NCBI GenBank assembly: GCA_900554365.1
Contig: USGY01000001.1
Span: forward strand, 27,214 to 91,213
Length of the DNA: 64,000 bases
Reading direction: 5' to 3'
Source of the DNA: an uncultured Clostridium sp.
Lineage (GTDB): Bacteria; Bacillota; Clostridia; TANB77; CAG-508
Part shown: in pieces, positions 43,477 to 54,634 of the stretch
Numbering within the stretch: position 1 is the first letter of the stretch
Layout: each line of letters opens with the position of its first letter
Position numbers and translations under genes: made by a program
The notes under the pieces: generated by a model
Databases searched by the model: none
Told to the model about the DNA's origin: nothing
The model's input: the letters and a program-made list of their open reading frames with translations, nothing else

Positions 43477-44322
43477 ATGAGAAAAAATAGAAGAATGAAA
43501 AATGAAAATAAAAAAAATTTACAAGATAAAATTATTATGTATTCAATAATAGGAGTGGCTGCTTTAGCAATTATATTAACAGGATTACTTATGTATAGCA
43601 AATCTTTAAGTGATAACGTAAAAGATGGTGCCTTAAATTTAGAGGAAATAGCAAAAAATAATGAACAGAATAATGAAAATACAAATAGCACAAGTGTTAG
43701 TACAGAAATAGGAAAATCTGTAGATGATGTAAAAAATGAAACTAATAATGTAAATACAAATGCTAGTACAAATAATTCAGTAAAAAATAATAATACAAAT
43801 ACTAATAATACTGCAAAAAAAGAAGAAAAATCAGAAAATACAAATAAAATAAGTGAAAATAAAGAAAAAAATACAACTAATAGTAAACCAGAAGTTAAGA
43901 CAAGTGCTAAACAAGAATTGAATTTTTCTAAACCTGTCGATGGGGATGTTATAAAAGAATTTGCAAAAGATAATCTTTTATATTCTAATACATTGCAAGA
44001 ATGGACAACACATATGGGAATAGATATTAAGGCTGATAAAACTACTGTCGTAAAATCAGCAGAAGCGGGAACAGTAAAATCAATAAAAAATGATCCAAGA
44101 TATGGACTTACAATAGTTATTGAACATGAGAATGGATATCAAACAGTATATTCAAATTTATTAAGTACAGAATTTGTTGTAGAAGGTGAAAAAGTAGAAA
44201 AAGGTCAAAGCATTGGAACTGTTGGAAATAGTGCTTCATTTGAAGTAGCAGATGAGCCACATTTACATTTTGAAGTTTTAAAAGACTCTGCTGAAGTTGA
44301 TCCAAATATTTATTTAAAATAA
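43477..44322 (+). CDS. M23/LytM metallopeptidase-domain membrane protein, SpoIIQ-like
   Basis: N-terminal TM, Asn-rich linker and a LytM domain with HMGIDIKAD (HxxxD) and EPHLHFEV (HxH). It lies next to spoIID, as spoIIQ does in Clostridioides difficile. Confidence 0.75.
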   Translation: MRKNRRMKNENKKNLQDKIIMYSIIGVAALAIILTGLLMYSKSLSDNVKDGALNLEEIAKNNEQNNENTNSTSVSTEIGKSVDDVKNETNNVNTNASTNNSVKNNNTNTNNTAKKEEKSENTNKISENKEKNTTNSKPEVKTSAKQELNFSKPVDGDVIKEFAKDNLLYSNTLQEWTTHMGIDIKADKTTVVKSAEAGTVKSIKNDPRYGLTIVIEHENGYQTVYSNLLSTEFVVEGEKVEKGQSIGTVGNSASFEVADEPHLHFEVLKDSAEVDPNIYLK

Positions 44323-44345
44323 GAAAATAAAAATGTTAAATATGC

Positions 44346-44359
44346 CGAAAACATGTTTG
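44346..44359 (+). promoter_or_regulatory. LexA (SOS) box upstream of lexA
   Basis: CGAAA-ACAT-GTTTG, a symmetric variant of CGAAC-N4-GTTCG, lies about 55 nt upstream of the lexA ATG. Confidence 0.5.
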
Positions 44360-44414
44360 ACATTTTTTTGTTTGTATGATATTATTTGAAAAAAAGTTAA
44401 ATGGAGTGATAAAT

Positions 44415-45065
44415 ATGCCAAGAAAAAAACCTGAATTAAATAAAAGAGAAAAATCAATTTTAAGATTTATTGAAAAGCAAATAATGACTAAAGGATATCC
44501 ACCATCAGTAAGAGAAATCGGAACAGCAGTTGGTCTAAGTTCAACAGCAACTGTACATGGATATTTATCAAAATTAGAGGAAAAAGGATATATAAAAAAA
44601 CAGGATAAAAAAGGAAGAACCTTGCGTTTATTAAAAGGTGGTTCAGGTGAGCCTAAAAAAACATCAAGCAAAGATTTTTATACACAAAAAGAATTAGTTG
44701 AAGTTCCAATAATAGGAAGAATAACTGCAGGTGAACCTATTTTAGCAGTGGAAAATGTAACAGATACATTTCCAATTCCAATAGATTTTGTTGGAAATTC
44801 AGAAAGCTTTATGCTAACTGTTAGAGGTGAAAGTATGATAGAAGCTGGTATTTTAGACGGTGACTACATATTAGTAAAAAAACAGAATACAGCGGAAAAT
44901 GGAGAGATTGTTGTTGCTTTAATCGGAGATGAAGCAACTGTAAAAACTTTTTATAAAGAAAAAGATCATATTAGATTACAACCAGAAAATAGTACAATGG
45001 ACCCAATCATTGTATCTAATTGTGAGATTTTAGGAAAAGTTGCTGGAGTTTTTAGAAAAATGTAA
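44415..45065 (+). CDS. lexA: LexA repressor
   Basis: Winged-helix N-terminus ([10 protein letters not shown]), a cleavage-site region, and the S24 peptidase motifs GESM and ATVKTF. The start at 44415 follows GGAGTG. Confidence 0.95.
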   Translation: MPRKKPELNKREKSILRFIEKQIMTKGYPPSVREIGTAVGLSSTATVHGYLSKLEEKGYIKKQDKKGRTLRLLKGGSGEPKKTSSKDFYTQKELVEVPIIGRITAGEPILAVENVTDTFPIPIDFVGNSESFMLTVRGESMIEAGILDGDYILVKKQNTAENGEIVVALIGDEATVKTFYKEKDHIRLQPENSTMDPIIVSNCEILGKVAGVFRKM

Positions 45066-45091
45066 TTCACAGAAAATTCACATTAGTACTA

Positions 45092-45121
45092 TTGACAAAA
45101 TGACACCATGTCACATATAAT
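45092..45121 (+). promoter_or_regulatory. Sigma-A promoter (TTGACA, 18-nt spacer, TATAAT) for the ABC exporter pair, overlapped by an inverted repeat
   Basis: Consensus hexamers. The inverted repeat ACACCAT (45103-45109) / ATGGTGT (45125-45131) brackets the -10. Confidence 0.5.
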
Positions 45122-45165
45122 GATATGGTGTTATTTTGTTAAGAAATAAATAAAAGGAGGAAAAA

Positions 45166-47433
45166 ATGCTAAAAGTATTAAAAAACTTAAAATATTCATT
45201 TTGGTCAGTTGTGTTTATAGTTATTTTACTATGTGTACAAGCACAAGCTGATTTAAAATTGCCTGATTACACATCAAAAATAGTAAATACAGGAATTCAA
45301 GCTGGAGGAATAGAAAAAGCTATTCCACAAATAATTAGTAAAGAAAATATGACAACAGTTTTAATGCTTACTGATAAAGACCAAGAAATTTTGGATAATT
45401 ATACATTAGTAGGCGAAACACCAACAAGTGATGAACAAAAAGTCATAAACAAATATATGGGAAAAGATAAGTCTGTATCAGCAGATAGTGTATATGTTTT
45501 AAATAATATTACACAAGATCAAGAAGATAATTTAATAAATATTCTTGCTACACCGTTATTAGAATTTTCAACAATTACTAATCAAGAAACAGCAAATCAA
45601 ATAAAAGAAAAAATGATGGCAAATATGCCTGAACAACAAAAAGCATATATTCAAAATAAGTCATTACAAGAAATATTAGAATCTATGCCAGAAGAGCAAA
45701 AACAACAATTGCTAAGTGAATTTACAAAGAAAATTGATGAAATGTCTGATTCAATTAAACAACAAGCAGCTGTTACATCTGTTAAACAAGTATATAAAGA
45801 TTTAAGTATTGATACAGATAAAATTCAAAACAATTATATTATTATGGCAGGTATGCAAATGCTTGGTATAGCATTAATTAGTATGGTATCAGCAATTATA
45901 ATTATGTTATTATCAGCAAGAGTTGCAGCTAAACTTTCTAAAACATTAAGAGAAAAAGTATTTACAAAAGTATTAAGCTTTTCAAATGAAGAATTAAATG
46001 GATTTTCAACAGCTTCATTAATTACACGTAGTACAAATGATATACAACAAATTCAACAATTAATGACAATGTTATTTAGAGTTGTAGTATATGCACCAAT
46101 AATAGGTATAGGAGGATTTATAAAAGTATTAACAAACAGTGATAATTCAATGGCTTGGATTATTGGAGTGGCAATACTTGGAATACTATTTGTTGTAGGA
46201 ACTTTATTTATTGTGGCTATGCCTAAATTTAAAAAGTTACAAGATTTAACAGATAAATTAAATCTTGTATCAAGAGAAATTTTAAGTGGATTGTCAGTAA
46301 TTAGAGCTTTTAATACAGAGAAAAAAGAAGAAAAAAGATTTGATGGAGCAAATAAAGATTTAATGAAAGCCAATATATTTGTAAACCGTGCAATGTCAAT
46401 GATGATGCCAATGTTAATGCTTATAATGAATGCAATAACAGTCTTAATCGTTTGGGTAGGCGGACATAGTGTTGATCAAGGATTAACACAAGTTGGAGAT
46501 ATGATGGCATTTATCCAATATACAATGCAAATAGTAATGGCATTTTTAATGATATCAATGATATCAATTATGCTACCAAGAGCTTCAGTATCAGCTAAAC
46601 GTATAAATGAGGTTTTAGATACAGTTCCATCAATAAAAGATAAAGAACAAACAAAGAAATTTGATCCAAATAAAAAAGGATTAGTAGAATTTAAAGATGT
46701 ATCTTTTAGATATCCAGATGCAGATACAGAAATTCTATCAGATATAACATTTACAGCTAAACCAGGAGAAACAACAGCAATTATAGGAAGCACTGGAAGT
46801 GGAAAATCAACAGTTGTAAATTTACTACCTAGATTTTATGATGTTACAGGTGGAGAACTACGAATTGATGGTGTAAATGTTAAAGATGTATCACAAAAAG
46901 ATTTAAGAGATATAATCGGATTTGTTCCTCAAAAAGGAGTATTATTCTCTGGAACAATAGAATCTAATATAAAATATTCTAATGAAAATATGTCTGATGA
47001 AAATATGATTGAAGCAGCTCAAATTGCACAAGCAACTGAGTTTATCGAAGGAAAAGATAAAAAATATAAAGATGAAATTGCTCAAGGTGGAAGCAATGTT
47101 TCTGGAGGACAAAAGCAACGTATTTCTATAGCTAGAGCATTGGCTAAAAATCCAGAAATATATGTTTTTGATGATAGTTTCTCAGCATTAGATTTAAAAA
47201 CTGATGCAGCATTAAGAGAGGCTTTATCAAAGAAAACACATGATAAAACTGTAATAATTGTAGCACAAAGAATTAGTACAATTTTAGATGCAAATCAAAT
47301 AATTGTATTAGAAGAAGGAAAAGTTGTAGGAATTGGAACTCATGAAGAATTAATGAAAAACAATGAAACATATAGACAAATAGCTTTATCACAATTATCA
47401 GAGGAAGAATTAAAAAAGAAAGGAGGAGAATAA
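45166..47433 (+). CDS. ABC exporter fused permease/ATPase with a long extracytoplasmic insert after TM1
   Basis: 755 aa. GSTGSGKST (Walker A), VSGGQKQRISIARAL (signature), IYVFDDSFSALD (Walker B). Confidence 0.9.
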   Translation: MLKVLKNLKYSFWSVVFIVILLCVQAQADLKLPDYTSKIVNTGIQAGGIEKAIPQIISKENMTTVLMLTDKDQEILDNYTLVGETPTSDEQKVINKYMGKDKSVSADSVYVLNNITQDQEDNLINILATPLLEFSTITNQETANQIKEKMMANMPEQQKAYIQNKSLQEILESMPEEQKQQLLSEFTKKIDEMSDSIKQQAAVTSVKQVYKDLSIDTDKIQNNYIIMAGMQMLGIALISMVSAIIIMLLSARVAAKLSKTLREKVFTKVLSFSNEELNGFSTASLITRSTNDIQQIQQLMTMLFRVVVYAPIIGIGGFIKVLTNSDNSMAWIIGVAILGILFVVGTLFIVAMPKFKKLQDLTDKLNLVSREILSGLSVIRAFNTEKKEEKRFDGANKDLMKANIFVNRAMSMMMPMLMLIMNAITVLIVWVGGHSVDQGLTQVGDMMAFIQYTMQIVMAFLMISMISIMLPRASVSAKRINEVLDTVPSIKDKEQTKKFDPNKKGLVEFKDVSFRYPDADTEILSDITFTAKPGETTAIIGSTGSGKSTVVNLLPRFYDVTGGELRIDGVNVKDVSQKDLRDIIGFVPQKGVLFSGTIESNIKYSNENMSDENMIEAAQIAQATEFIEGKDKKYKDEIAQGGSNVSGGQKQRISIARALAKNPEIYVFDDSFSALDLKTDAALREALSKKTHDKTVIIVAQRISTILDANQIIVLEEGKVVGIGTHEELMKNNETYRQIALSQLSEEELKKKGGE

Positions 47434-47434
47434 T

Positions 47435-49261
47435 ATGCCAGGACCAATGGGAGGACCAGGACGTGGACCTATGGTAGCACCTAAAGCAAAAGATTTTAAA
47501 GGTACAACTAAAAAATTAATTAATAGATATTTATCAAAATATAAAATAGCTTTAATTGTAGTATTTATATTTGCAATAGGTAGTACTATATTTACAATTG
47601 TAGGACCCAAAATTCTAGGAAATGCAACAACTGAAATTTATAATGGAATTATAGGAAAAATATCAGGTGGTTCAGGAATAGATTTTGGAAAAATAGGACA
47701 AATATTATTAACATTAATAGGATTATATGCTATTAGTGCAATATTCTCCTTTGTTCAAGGATTTACAATGACAGGAGTTGCTCAAAAGATAACATATAAA
47801 TTAAGAGAAGATATATCAAAGAAAATAAATAAATTACCAATGAAATATTTTGACAAAAGAACACATGGAGAAGTTCTTTCAGTAATAACAAATGATGTTG
47901 ATACATTAAGCATGAATTTAAACCAAAGTATTACACAAATTATAACATCAATTTGTACTTTAGTTGGAATATTGGGAATGATGCTTTCAATAAGTTGGCA
48001 AATGACTTTAATTTCACTTATAATTTTACCTGTGTCAGCATTTATCGTTAAAAATATTGTTGGTAAATCACAAAAATATTTTAAGGCACAACAAGATTAT
48101 TTAGGACATGTAAATGGTCAAGTAGAAGAAGTGTATGGTGGATTAAATATAGTAAAAGTATTTAATGCAGAAGGAAAAGTAACAGCTGATTTTGAAGATG
48201 CTAATAATAAATTATATCATTCAGCATGGAAATCACAATTCTTATCAGGATTAATGTTCCCTGTTATGAATTTTATTGCTAATGTTGGATATGTTGGTGT
48301 CGCTGTAGCTGGTGGATATTTAGCTATACAAGGAACTATTACAGTTGGAAATATTCAAAGTTTTATTCAATATAATAAACAATTTACACAACCAATAAAT
48401 CAAATTGCTCAAATATCAAGCATGTTACAAGCAATGGTTGCAGCAGCAGAAAGAGTATTTGAATTTCTAGAAGAAGATGAAGAAAAAGATACTTCTAAAG
48501 GAAATATAGATACTGCAAAATTAAAAGGAAATGTTCAATTTAATCATGTAAAATTTGGATATAATCCAGAAAGAACAATAATAAAAGATTTCAATTGCAA
48601 TGTTAAAGATGGACAAAAAATTGCAATAGTAGGACCAACTGGAGCAGGAAAAACAACAATGGTAAAATTACTTATGAGATTTTATGATGTTACAGAAGGA
48701 GCTATATTAGTAGATGGAATAAATATAAAAGATTTCAAACGTGGAGATTTGCGTAAAATGTTTGGAATGGTTTTACAAGATACATGGCTATTTGGTGGAA
48801 GCGTAAAAGATAATATAAAATATGGAAAAGAAAATGCAACAGATGAAGATATAATTCAAGCAGCTAAAGCAGCTCATGTTCATCACTTTATAAAAACATT
48901 ACCAAATGGATATAATTCAATATTAAATGAAGAATCTAGCAATGTGTCAGCAGGACAAAAACAATTATTAACAATAGCAAGAGTTATTTTAACAGATCCT
49001 AAAATATTAATTTTGGATGAGGCTACAAGTTCAATTGATACAAGAACAGAAATACAAATTCAAAAAGCAATGGATAATTTAATGAAAGGTAGAACAAGTT
49101 TCATTATTGCTCATAGATTATCTACAATAAAAAATGCTGACCTAATTCTAGTTATGAATCATGGAGATATAGTAGAACAAGGAACACACGAAGAATTACT
49201 TGCTAAAGGAGGATTTTATAGTGATTTATATAATTCTCAATTTGAAGAGGCAGAAGAATAA
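47435..49261 (+). CDS. ABC exporter fused permease/ATPase, heterodimer partner
   Basis: 608 aa. GPTGAGKTT, VSAGQKQLLTIARV, ILILDEATSSID. Starts 1 nt after the upstream stop. Confidence 0.93.
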   Translation: MPGPMGGPGRGPMVAPKAKDFKGTTKKLINRYLSKYKIALIVVFIFAIGSTIFTIVGPKILGNATTEIYNGIIGKISGGSGIDFGKIGQILLTLIGLYAISAIFSFVQGFTMTGVAQKITYKLREDISKKINKLPMKYFDKRTHGEVLSVITNDVDTLSMNLNQSITQIITSICTLVGILGMMLSISWQMTLISLIILPVSAFIVKNIVGKSQKYFKAQQDYLGHVNGQVEEVYGGLNIVKVFNAEGKVTADFEDANNKLYHSAWKSQFLSGLMFPVMNFIANVGYVGVAVAGGYLAIQGTITVGNIQSFIQYNKQFTQPINQIAQISSMLQAMVAAAERVFEFLEEDEEKDTSKGNIDTAKLKGNVQFNHVKFGYNPERTIIKDFNCNVKDGQKIAIVGPTGAGKTTMVKLLMRFYDVTEGAILVDGINIKDFKRGDLRKMFGMVLQDTWLFGGSVKDNIKYGKENATDEDIIQAAKAAHVHHFIKTLPNGYNSILNEESSNVSAGQKQLLTIARVILTDPKILILDEATSSIDTRTEIQIQKAMDNLMKGRTSFIIAHRLSTIKNADLILVMNHGDIVEQGTHEELLAKGGFYSDLYNSQFEEAEE

Positions 49262-49330
49262 AAATTTATGATTTCTATTTCTTTTTATAGTTTTATGTGA
49301 TAAAATATATGCCATAAAGGAGAGAGAGCG

Positions 49331-49591
49331 ATGTCAATGCAAGAAATAACTGAATATTTAGATAAGAAAATTGAAAAAAATGAAAATTTACTAGAAGTAA
49401 CTTTTTATGAAGTAAGAATAAAGTTAAATTTAAATGAAGAACAAACACAAGAATTTTTAAAATTATGTAAAACAAGACTTGAAAATTTAGGATATCAAGT
49501 ATATTTTACAGGCGCTAAATATAATTATGGCGGAAAAAGAAGAGAAGTACAATCAAATGATTTAATGATTGCAGTAAAAGAAGAAATATAA
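49331..49591 (+). CDS. Small (86 aa) cytoplasmic protein of unknown function
   Basis: ORF with RBS AAGGAGAG, followed by a strong terminator. No recognisable motif. Confidence 0.5.
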   Translation: MSMQEITEYLDKKIEKNENLLEVTFYEVRIKLNLNEEQTQEFLKLCKTRLENLGYQVYFTGAKYNYGGKRREVQSNDLMIAVKEEI

Positions 49592-49596
49592 TAAAA

Positions 49597-49624
49597 AACC
49601 TTTGGAGTTTTCCAAAGGTTTTTT
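49597..49624. terminator. Bidirectional terminator between convergent genes
   Basis: Perfect 10-bp stem AACCTTTGGA/TCCAAAGGTT with an A-run upstream and a T-run downstream. Confidence 0.75.
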
Positions 49625-50285
49625 ACTTTCTGCTTCCAAATATATCAAGTATTCGTAAAAATATATTTATGAAATCTAAATATAATTGCATAGCACAATA
49701 TATATGGATTTTTTCTTGATTGATATCTGGCTCGCTTTGTAATAATTTTATTCTATTTACGTCATAAATTGTAACACCACAAAATACAGCTAGTATAAAC
49801 CAATCTATGATTAAGTCAAATGCTGGATTCTTTAAAATAAATATATCAATTATACTAAGAACTAGTCCAGCAATTATAAATACTGTAAGATATGGTCCCC
49901 AAGAACTTAAGTCTTTATTAGTTTTATATCCAATAATTCCTAATACTGCAAAAACTATAGCTGAAATTACAAATAATTGAATAACTGAATAAAGTTCAAA
50001 TGCCACAAAAACTACAGAAAGTGTGATACCATTTAGCATCGAATATACAAAATACAAAATTCCAACAGCTGTAGGTGAAAGCTTTCGATATAAAAAGCTA
50101 AATAATAATACAGCAACAAGTTCTACAATTAAAAGAACTGTAAAATATCCATCTTGAATAATATTGTAATATAACTCAGAAGCATATGTGTAATAAGCAA
50201 TAATTCCAGAACCAAGTAATCCTAAAAACATCCAGAAAAATGTCTTACCAAAAAGCTTGTTTTGAATATTTACTTCATTTCCCAT
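49623..50285 (-). CDS. BAX inhibitor-1/YccA family membrane protein
   Basis: About 7 TM helices and a C-terminal pattern (YDVNRIK...IYCAMQLYLDFINIFLRIL) typical of the BI-1 family. The start at 50285 follows GGAAGGAG. Confidence 0.85.
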   Translation of the reverse strand: MGNEVNIQNKLFGKTFFWMFLGLLGSGIIAYYTYASELYYNIIQDGYFTVLLIVELVAVLLFSFLYRKLSPTAVGILYFVYSMLNGITLSVVFVAFELYSVIQLFVISAIVFAVLGIIGYKTNKDLSSWGPYLTVFIIAGLVLSIIDIFILKNPAFDLIIDWFILAVFCGVTIYDVNRIKLLQSEPDINQEKIHIYCAMQLYLDFINIFLRILDIFGSRK

Positions 50286-50393
50286 AAAATTTTCTCCTTC
50301 CATATGCAAAATTTAGGCTTTTAATAAGAACCTATAAACTAAAACATATTATATAATTATAGTTAGTTAAAATCAATAAAAATATAACTAAAG

Positions 50394-50422
50394 TTGAAAA
50401 ATTTAAGCTCAAATGATAAAAT
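50394..50422 (+). promoter_or_regulatory. Sigma-A-like promoter (TTGAAA, 17-nt spacer, TAAAAT) upstream of addA
   Basis: Motif match only. Confidence 0.4.
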
Positions 50423-50453
50423 ACAAAATATAAATTATGAAGGGAATTAAAAT

Positions 50454-53400
50454 ATGAGTAAAGTAAAATGGACTAAAGAACAACAAAAGGCTATTGAAGA
50501 AAAAGGCTCAAATATATTAGTAGCTGCTGCTGCACGGAAGTGGTAAAACAGCAGTTTTAGTTGAGAGAATAATTCAAAAAGTAATAAAAGATCATATTGA
50601 TATAGATAAATTATTAGTTGTAACATTCACAAATGCGGCAGCATCTGAAATGAGAGAAAGAGTATTAGAAGCAATATATAAAAAGCTAGATGATGAACCT
50701 AATAATGCATTACTTTTAAGACAAATAACATTACTTAATAAAGCAAGTATATGTACAATAGATTCATTTTGCTTAGATGTAGTTAGAAATAACTTTTTTG
50801 AATTAGAAAATCTATCACCAAATTTTAGAATAGCAGATACAACAGAAATTGAATTATTAAAACAAGAAGTGATTGAAGATATTTTTGAAAATAAATATGA
50901 AGAAGAAAATGAAGATTTTTATAAATTAGTACATACATACACAAGTTATAGGGACGATACTCCATTAAAAGAATTAGTTATAAAAATATATTCATATATA
51001 CAAAGTAATCCTTTCCCAGAAAAATGGCTTAATGATAAAGTTGAAATGTTTAACATAAAAGAAAATTTAGAAGAAGATTTTTCTAATACTGTATGGGGAA
51101 AGGAACTTTTAAAAGAAATAGAAGAAGAATTGATAGATTCTTTGTATTCACTTGAAAGTATAAGCAAAAAATTATCAGTTGATCCAGATTTAGAAAAGTT
51201 TTGGCAAACAATTAGAAGTGATATAGATATGGTACAGGGGCTGAAAAATAATCTAAACAGCTGGGACAAAGCTTATAATGTTAGTACAATGCTAAAATTT
51301 GTAACATGGCCACGTAAAAATGTAGAATCTCAAATAAAAGATGAAGCTAAACAGGTTAGAGATGATGTACGAAAAAAACTAAAAAAAATATTAGATAAAA
51401 TATTAATATGTGGTTCAAAACAAGCAAATCAAGACATATATGATATGTATAAAATTTTAATAAATTTAAAGAAACTTGTATTAGAATTTGAAAAAGAATT
51501 TAGTAAAAGGAAAAGAGAAAAAAATATTGTAGATTTCCATGATATAGAACATTTTGCATTACAAATATTATTAAAAGAAAAAGACGGAAAAATAGTTCCA
51601 ACAGAAATTGCAAAAAAATATCAACAAAAATATGATGAAATTGCAATAGATGAATATCAAGACAGTAATCTTGTTCAAGAATATATACTTAATTCTGTAT
51701 CAAGAGGAAAAAATATATTTATGGTTGGAGATGTTAAACAAAGTATATATAAATTTAGACAAGCAATGCCAGAATTATTTTTAAATAAATATAACACGTA
51801 TTTAGAATCTCGAGATGGAGAGGAAAATCTAAAAATAAAATTATTTAAAAATTTTAGAAGTAGATCAAATGTATTGGATTTTACTAATTTAATATTCCAA
51901 GACATAATGAGTTCAAATCTAGGTGACATAAACTATGATAAAACAGAATATTTAAATTTAGGGGCAAATTATCCTAACGAAAATGAACAAGATTTAAAAA
52001 CAGAAATACATTTAATAAATTTAGCAGAAGAAGATATAAACGAGAATGATGATGAAGATGAATTACAAGAAGAAAGAATAGAAAATGCTGAGTTAGAAGC
52101 AAGATTTGTAGCAAATAAAATAAAAAACATAGTTGAAAATAAATATCAAGTTTGGGATAATAAGAAAAATGAAAAAAGAAATATAAAATATAAAGATATA
52201 GTAATTTTACTAAGATCAACATCAAGTTTGGCACCTGTATATGAACAAGAATTGTTAAATCTAGAAATTCCAGTATTTTCTGATAGTTCACAAGAATATT
52301 TAAATAGTATAGAAATTCAAACTATAATGTCTTTATTAAAAATTATAGATAATCCAATGCAAGATATTCCTTTAGTAACTGTTTTACGTTCATATATTGG
52401 AAAGTTTACAGATAATGATTTAATTCAAATGAGATTATCCGATAAATATGATAATTTTTATACATGTATGCAAAAATCAATTGTAGATGTGGATGAAAAT
52501 TTAAGGAAAAAAATAAATCAATTTTTTGAAAAAATTGATTTATGGAGGAAAGAACAAGAATATCTATCATTAGATGAATTGATATGGAAAATTTACAGTG
52601 ATACAGGCTTTTATAATTATGTTGGATTAATGCCAAATGGTGATATGAGACAAGCTAATTTAAAAATGCTATTTCAAAAAGCTAAACAATATGAAAGCAG
52701 TAATTTTAAGGGATTATATAATTTCATAAATTTTATAGATAAATTGCAATTGTCAAGTGGTGACATGGGATCTGCAAAATTGATAGGTGAAAATGATGAT
52801 GTTGTTAGAATTATGAGTATACATAAAAGTAAAGGACTAGAGTTTCCTGTAGTATTTTTAGCAAGTACAAGTAAGCAATTTAATTTAATGGATTTAAATC
52901 AAAATGTATTATTACATCAAGAAATGGGAATAGGAGCTAAATACATAGATTATGACAAACAAGTTCAATATGATACTTTGAGTAAAGCTGCAATAAGAAA
53001 TAAAATTTTAATAGAAACAATATCAGAAGAAATGAGAATTTTATATGTAGCATTAACTAGAGCAAAAGAAAAACTTTATATAACAGGAATATGCAAAGAT
53101 TATGAAACAGAAATACAAAAAATAGCTGAGCAAGCTAATAGATATCCTAAAGTAGATGATAAAATTAATCCTATTTTATTAAAAAAATATAAAAAATATT
53201 TAGATTGGATTATGCTAGTATATGAATATGAAAAAGAAAATACTAAAGATATTTTAACTTTAGAAGTACATAATAAACAAGAAATCTTAAGTCAATGTAA
53301 AAATATAGAAATTAAAGATATTAATGTAATTGAAAAAATTGAAAAAACTGATATAGATAAGGAAAAAATTAAAAAAATTGAGGATATTTTAAACTATAAA

Positions 53401-54060
53401 TATCCAAATGAAATAGATACAATTATTCCTACAAAAACATCAGCAACAGCTATAAAAGAATTGGAAATAAATAAAGATAAAAAAATTGTAAAAAATGAAA
53501 TAACATTTCCAAAGCCTAATTTCTTAAATGATGAGAAAAAAGAAAAAGTAACAGCAGCCAGAAGAGGTACTTTAGTGCATTTATGTTTACAAAAATTAAA
53601 TGAAAAACAAGAATATGATATTAAAAAAATACAAAATTTAATAGAAAAATTAGAAGAAAAAAAGATAATAACTAAAAAAGAAGCAAACGCTATAAATGTA
53701 GGTAAAATACTAGAATTTACACATTCAAAAATATGGGAAGATTTAAAAGAGGCTAAAGAAGTACAAAAGGAAAAGCCTTTTTATATAAATATTTCTGCCT
53801 CTGAAATTTACAATGAAAAAACAGATCAAAACATTTTAGTTCAAGGAATTATAGATTTATATTATATAGATAAAGATGATAAATTAAATTTAGTTGATTA
53901 TAAAACAGATTATATTGAAAGTGGTTGTGAATATATTTTGAAACAAAGATATAATAAGCAAATAGAATTGTATTCACAAGCATTAGAACAAGCTTTAGAC
54001 AAGAAAGTAGATAAAAGATATATTTATTCAGTATGTTTAAATAAAGAAATAGAAATGTAA
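50454..54060 (+). pseudogene. addA: ATP-dependent helicase/nuclease subunit A (AddA), interrupted by a +1 frameshift inside the Walker A codons
   Basis: 50454-50534 gives MSKVKWTKEQQKAIEEKGSNILVAAAA. The +1 frame from 50536 gives GSGKTAVLVERII...LLVVTFTNAAASEMRER and runs to 54060. The extra C is at 50535. The C-terminal RecB-type nuclease motif is GIIDLYYID...LVDYKTD. Confidence 0.88.
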
Positions 54061-54128
54061 AAGAATGTTGAAATATAGGGCAAAAGTTGGTATAATATAA
54101 ATATGATTTTTAGAATGGAGATATAATT

Positions 54129-54596
54129 ATGAAAAGAATGAAAACCTTTTTAAAATATGTAATATGGATATTATTGTTTATGGTAGTATCAAATTTTTTA
54201 ATTGAAGTAGGCATAAATTCATCTTATAAAGATATGATAAGAAGAGACCAAACAGCTCAAGTAGAAATTTCTCAAGCTCAGTCAACTCTTGTAAATGGTA
54301 GAATTACAGGAACCATAAAAACTGATGGTCAAGAAAAATTAACAGGAAAATATGTAAAAATAACATTATATTCAACAAGGGGCAATGAACTTGGAAAAAG
54401 ATATATAGAAATAAATACAACAGATGCAAATCCAACCCAAGATTTCCATTTGTATTTTGAAAAAAATGAAGCTAAATCATATGAAATTTCAATAGTAGAC
54501 CATAAAGAACAGGGAGAATTAGAAATAATTCCAAAAGAGTGGAAAAAACCAGAAATAATTGTTGCAACAATGTTTACAATGTTAATGTTATTATAA
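54129..54596 (+). CDS. Small membrane protein (N- and C-terminal TM helices); function unknown
   Basis: 155 aa, RBS GGAGAT, TM helices at both ends. Confidence 0.6.
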   Translation: MKRMKTFLKYVIWILLFMVVSNFLIEVGINSSYKDMIRRDQTAQVEISQAQSTLVNGRITGTIKTDGQEKLTGKYVKITLYSTRGNELGKRYIEINTTDANPTQDFHLYFEKNEAKSYEISIVDHKEQGELEIIPKEWKKPEIIVATMFTMLMLL

Positions 54597-54602
54597 AAAA
54601 TA

Positions 54603-54634
54603 AAAAAGATGACATATATATGTCATCTTTTTTA
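54603..54634. terminator. Bidirectional terminator
   Basis: Palindrome AAAGATGACA-TATATA-TGTCATCTTT flanked by A and T runs. Confidence 0.75.

Noticed and set aside
50650-54060. ATG at 50650 as the true addA start. The same question applies to 41799 for sigF and GTG 59664 for the hydrolase.
   Set aside because: In each case conserved N-terminal sequence, including the Walker A motif or catalytic motif, continues upstream in the same frame and joins an upstream ATG through a single-base frameshift.
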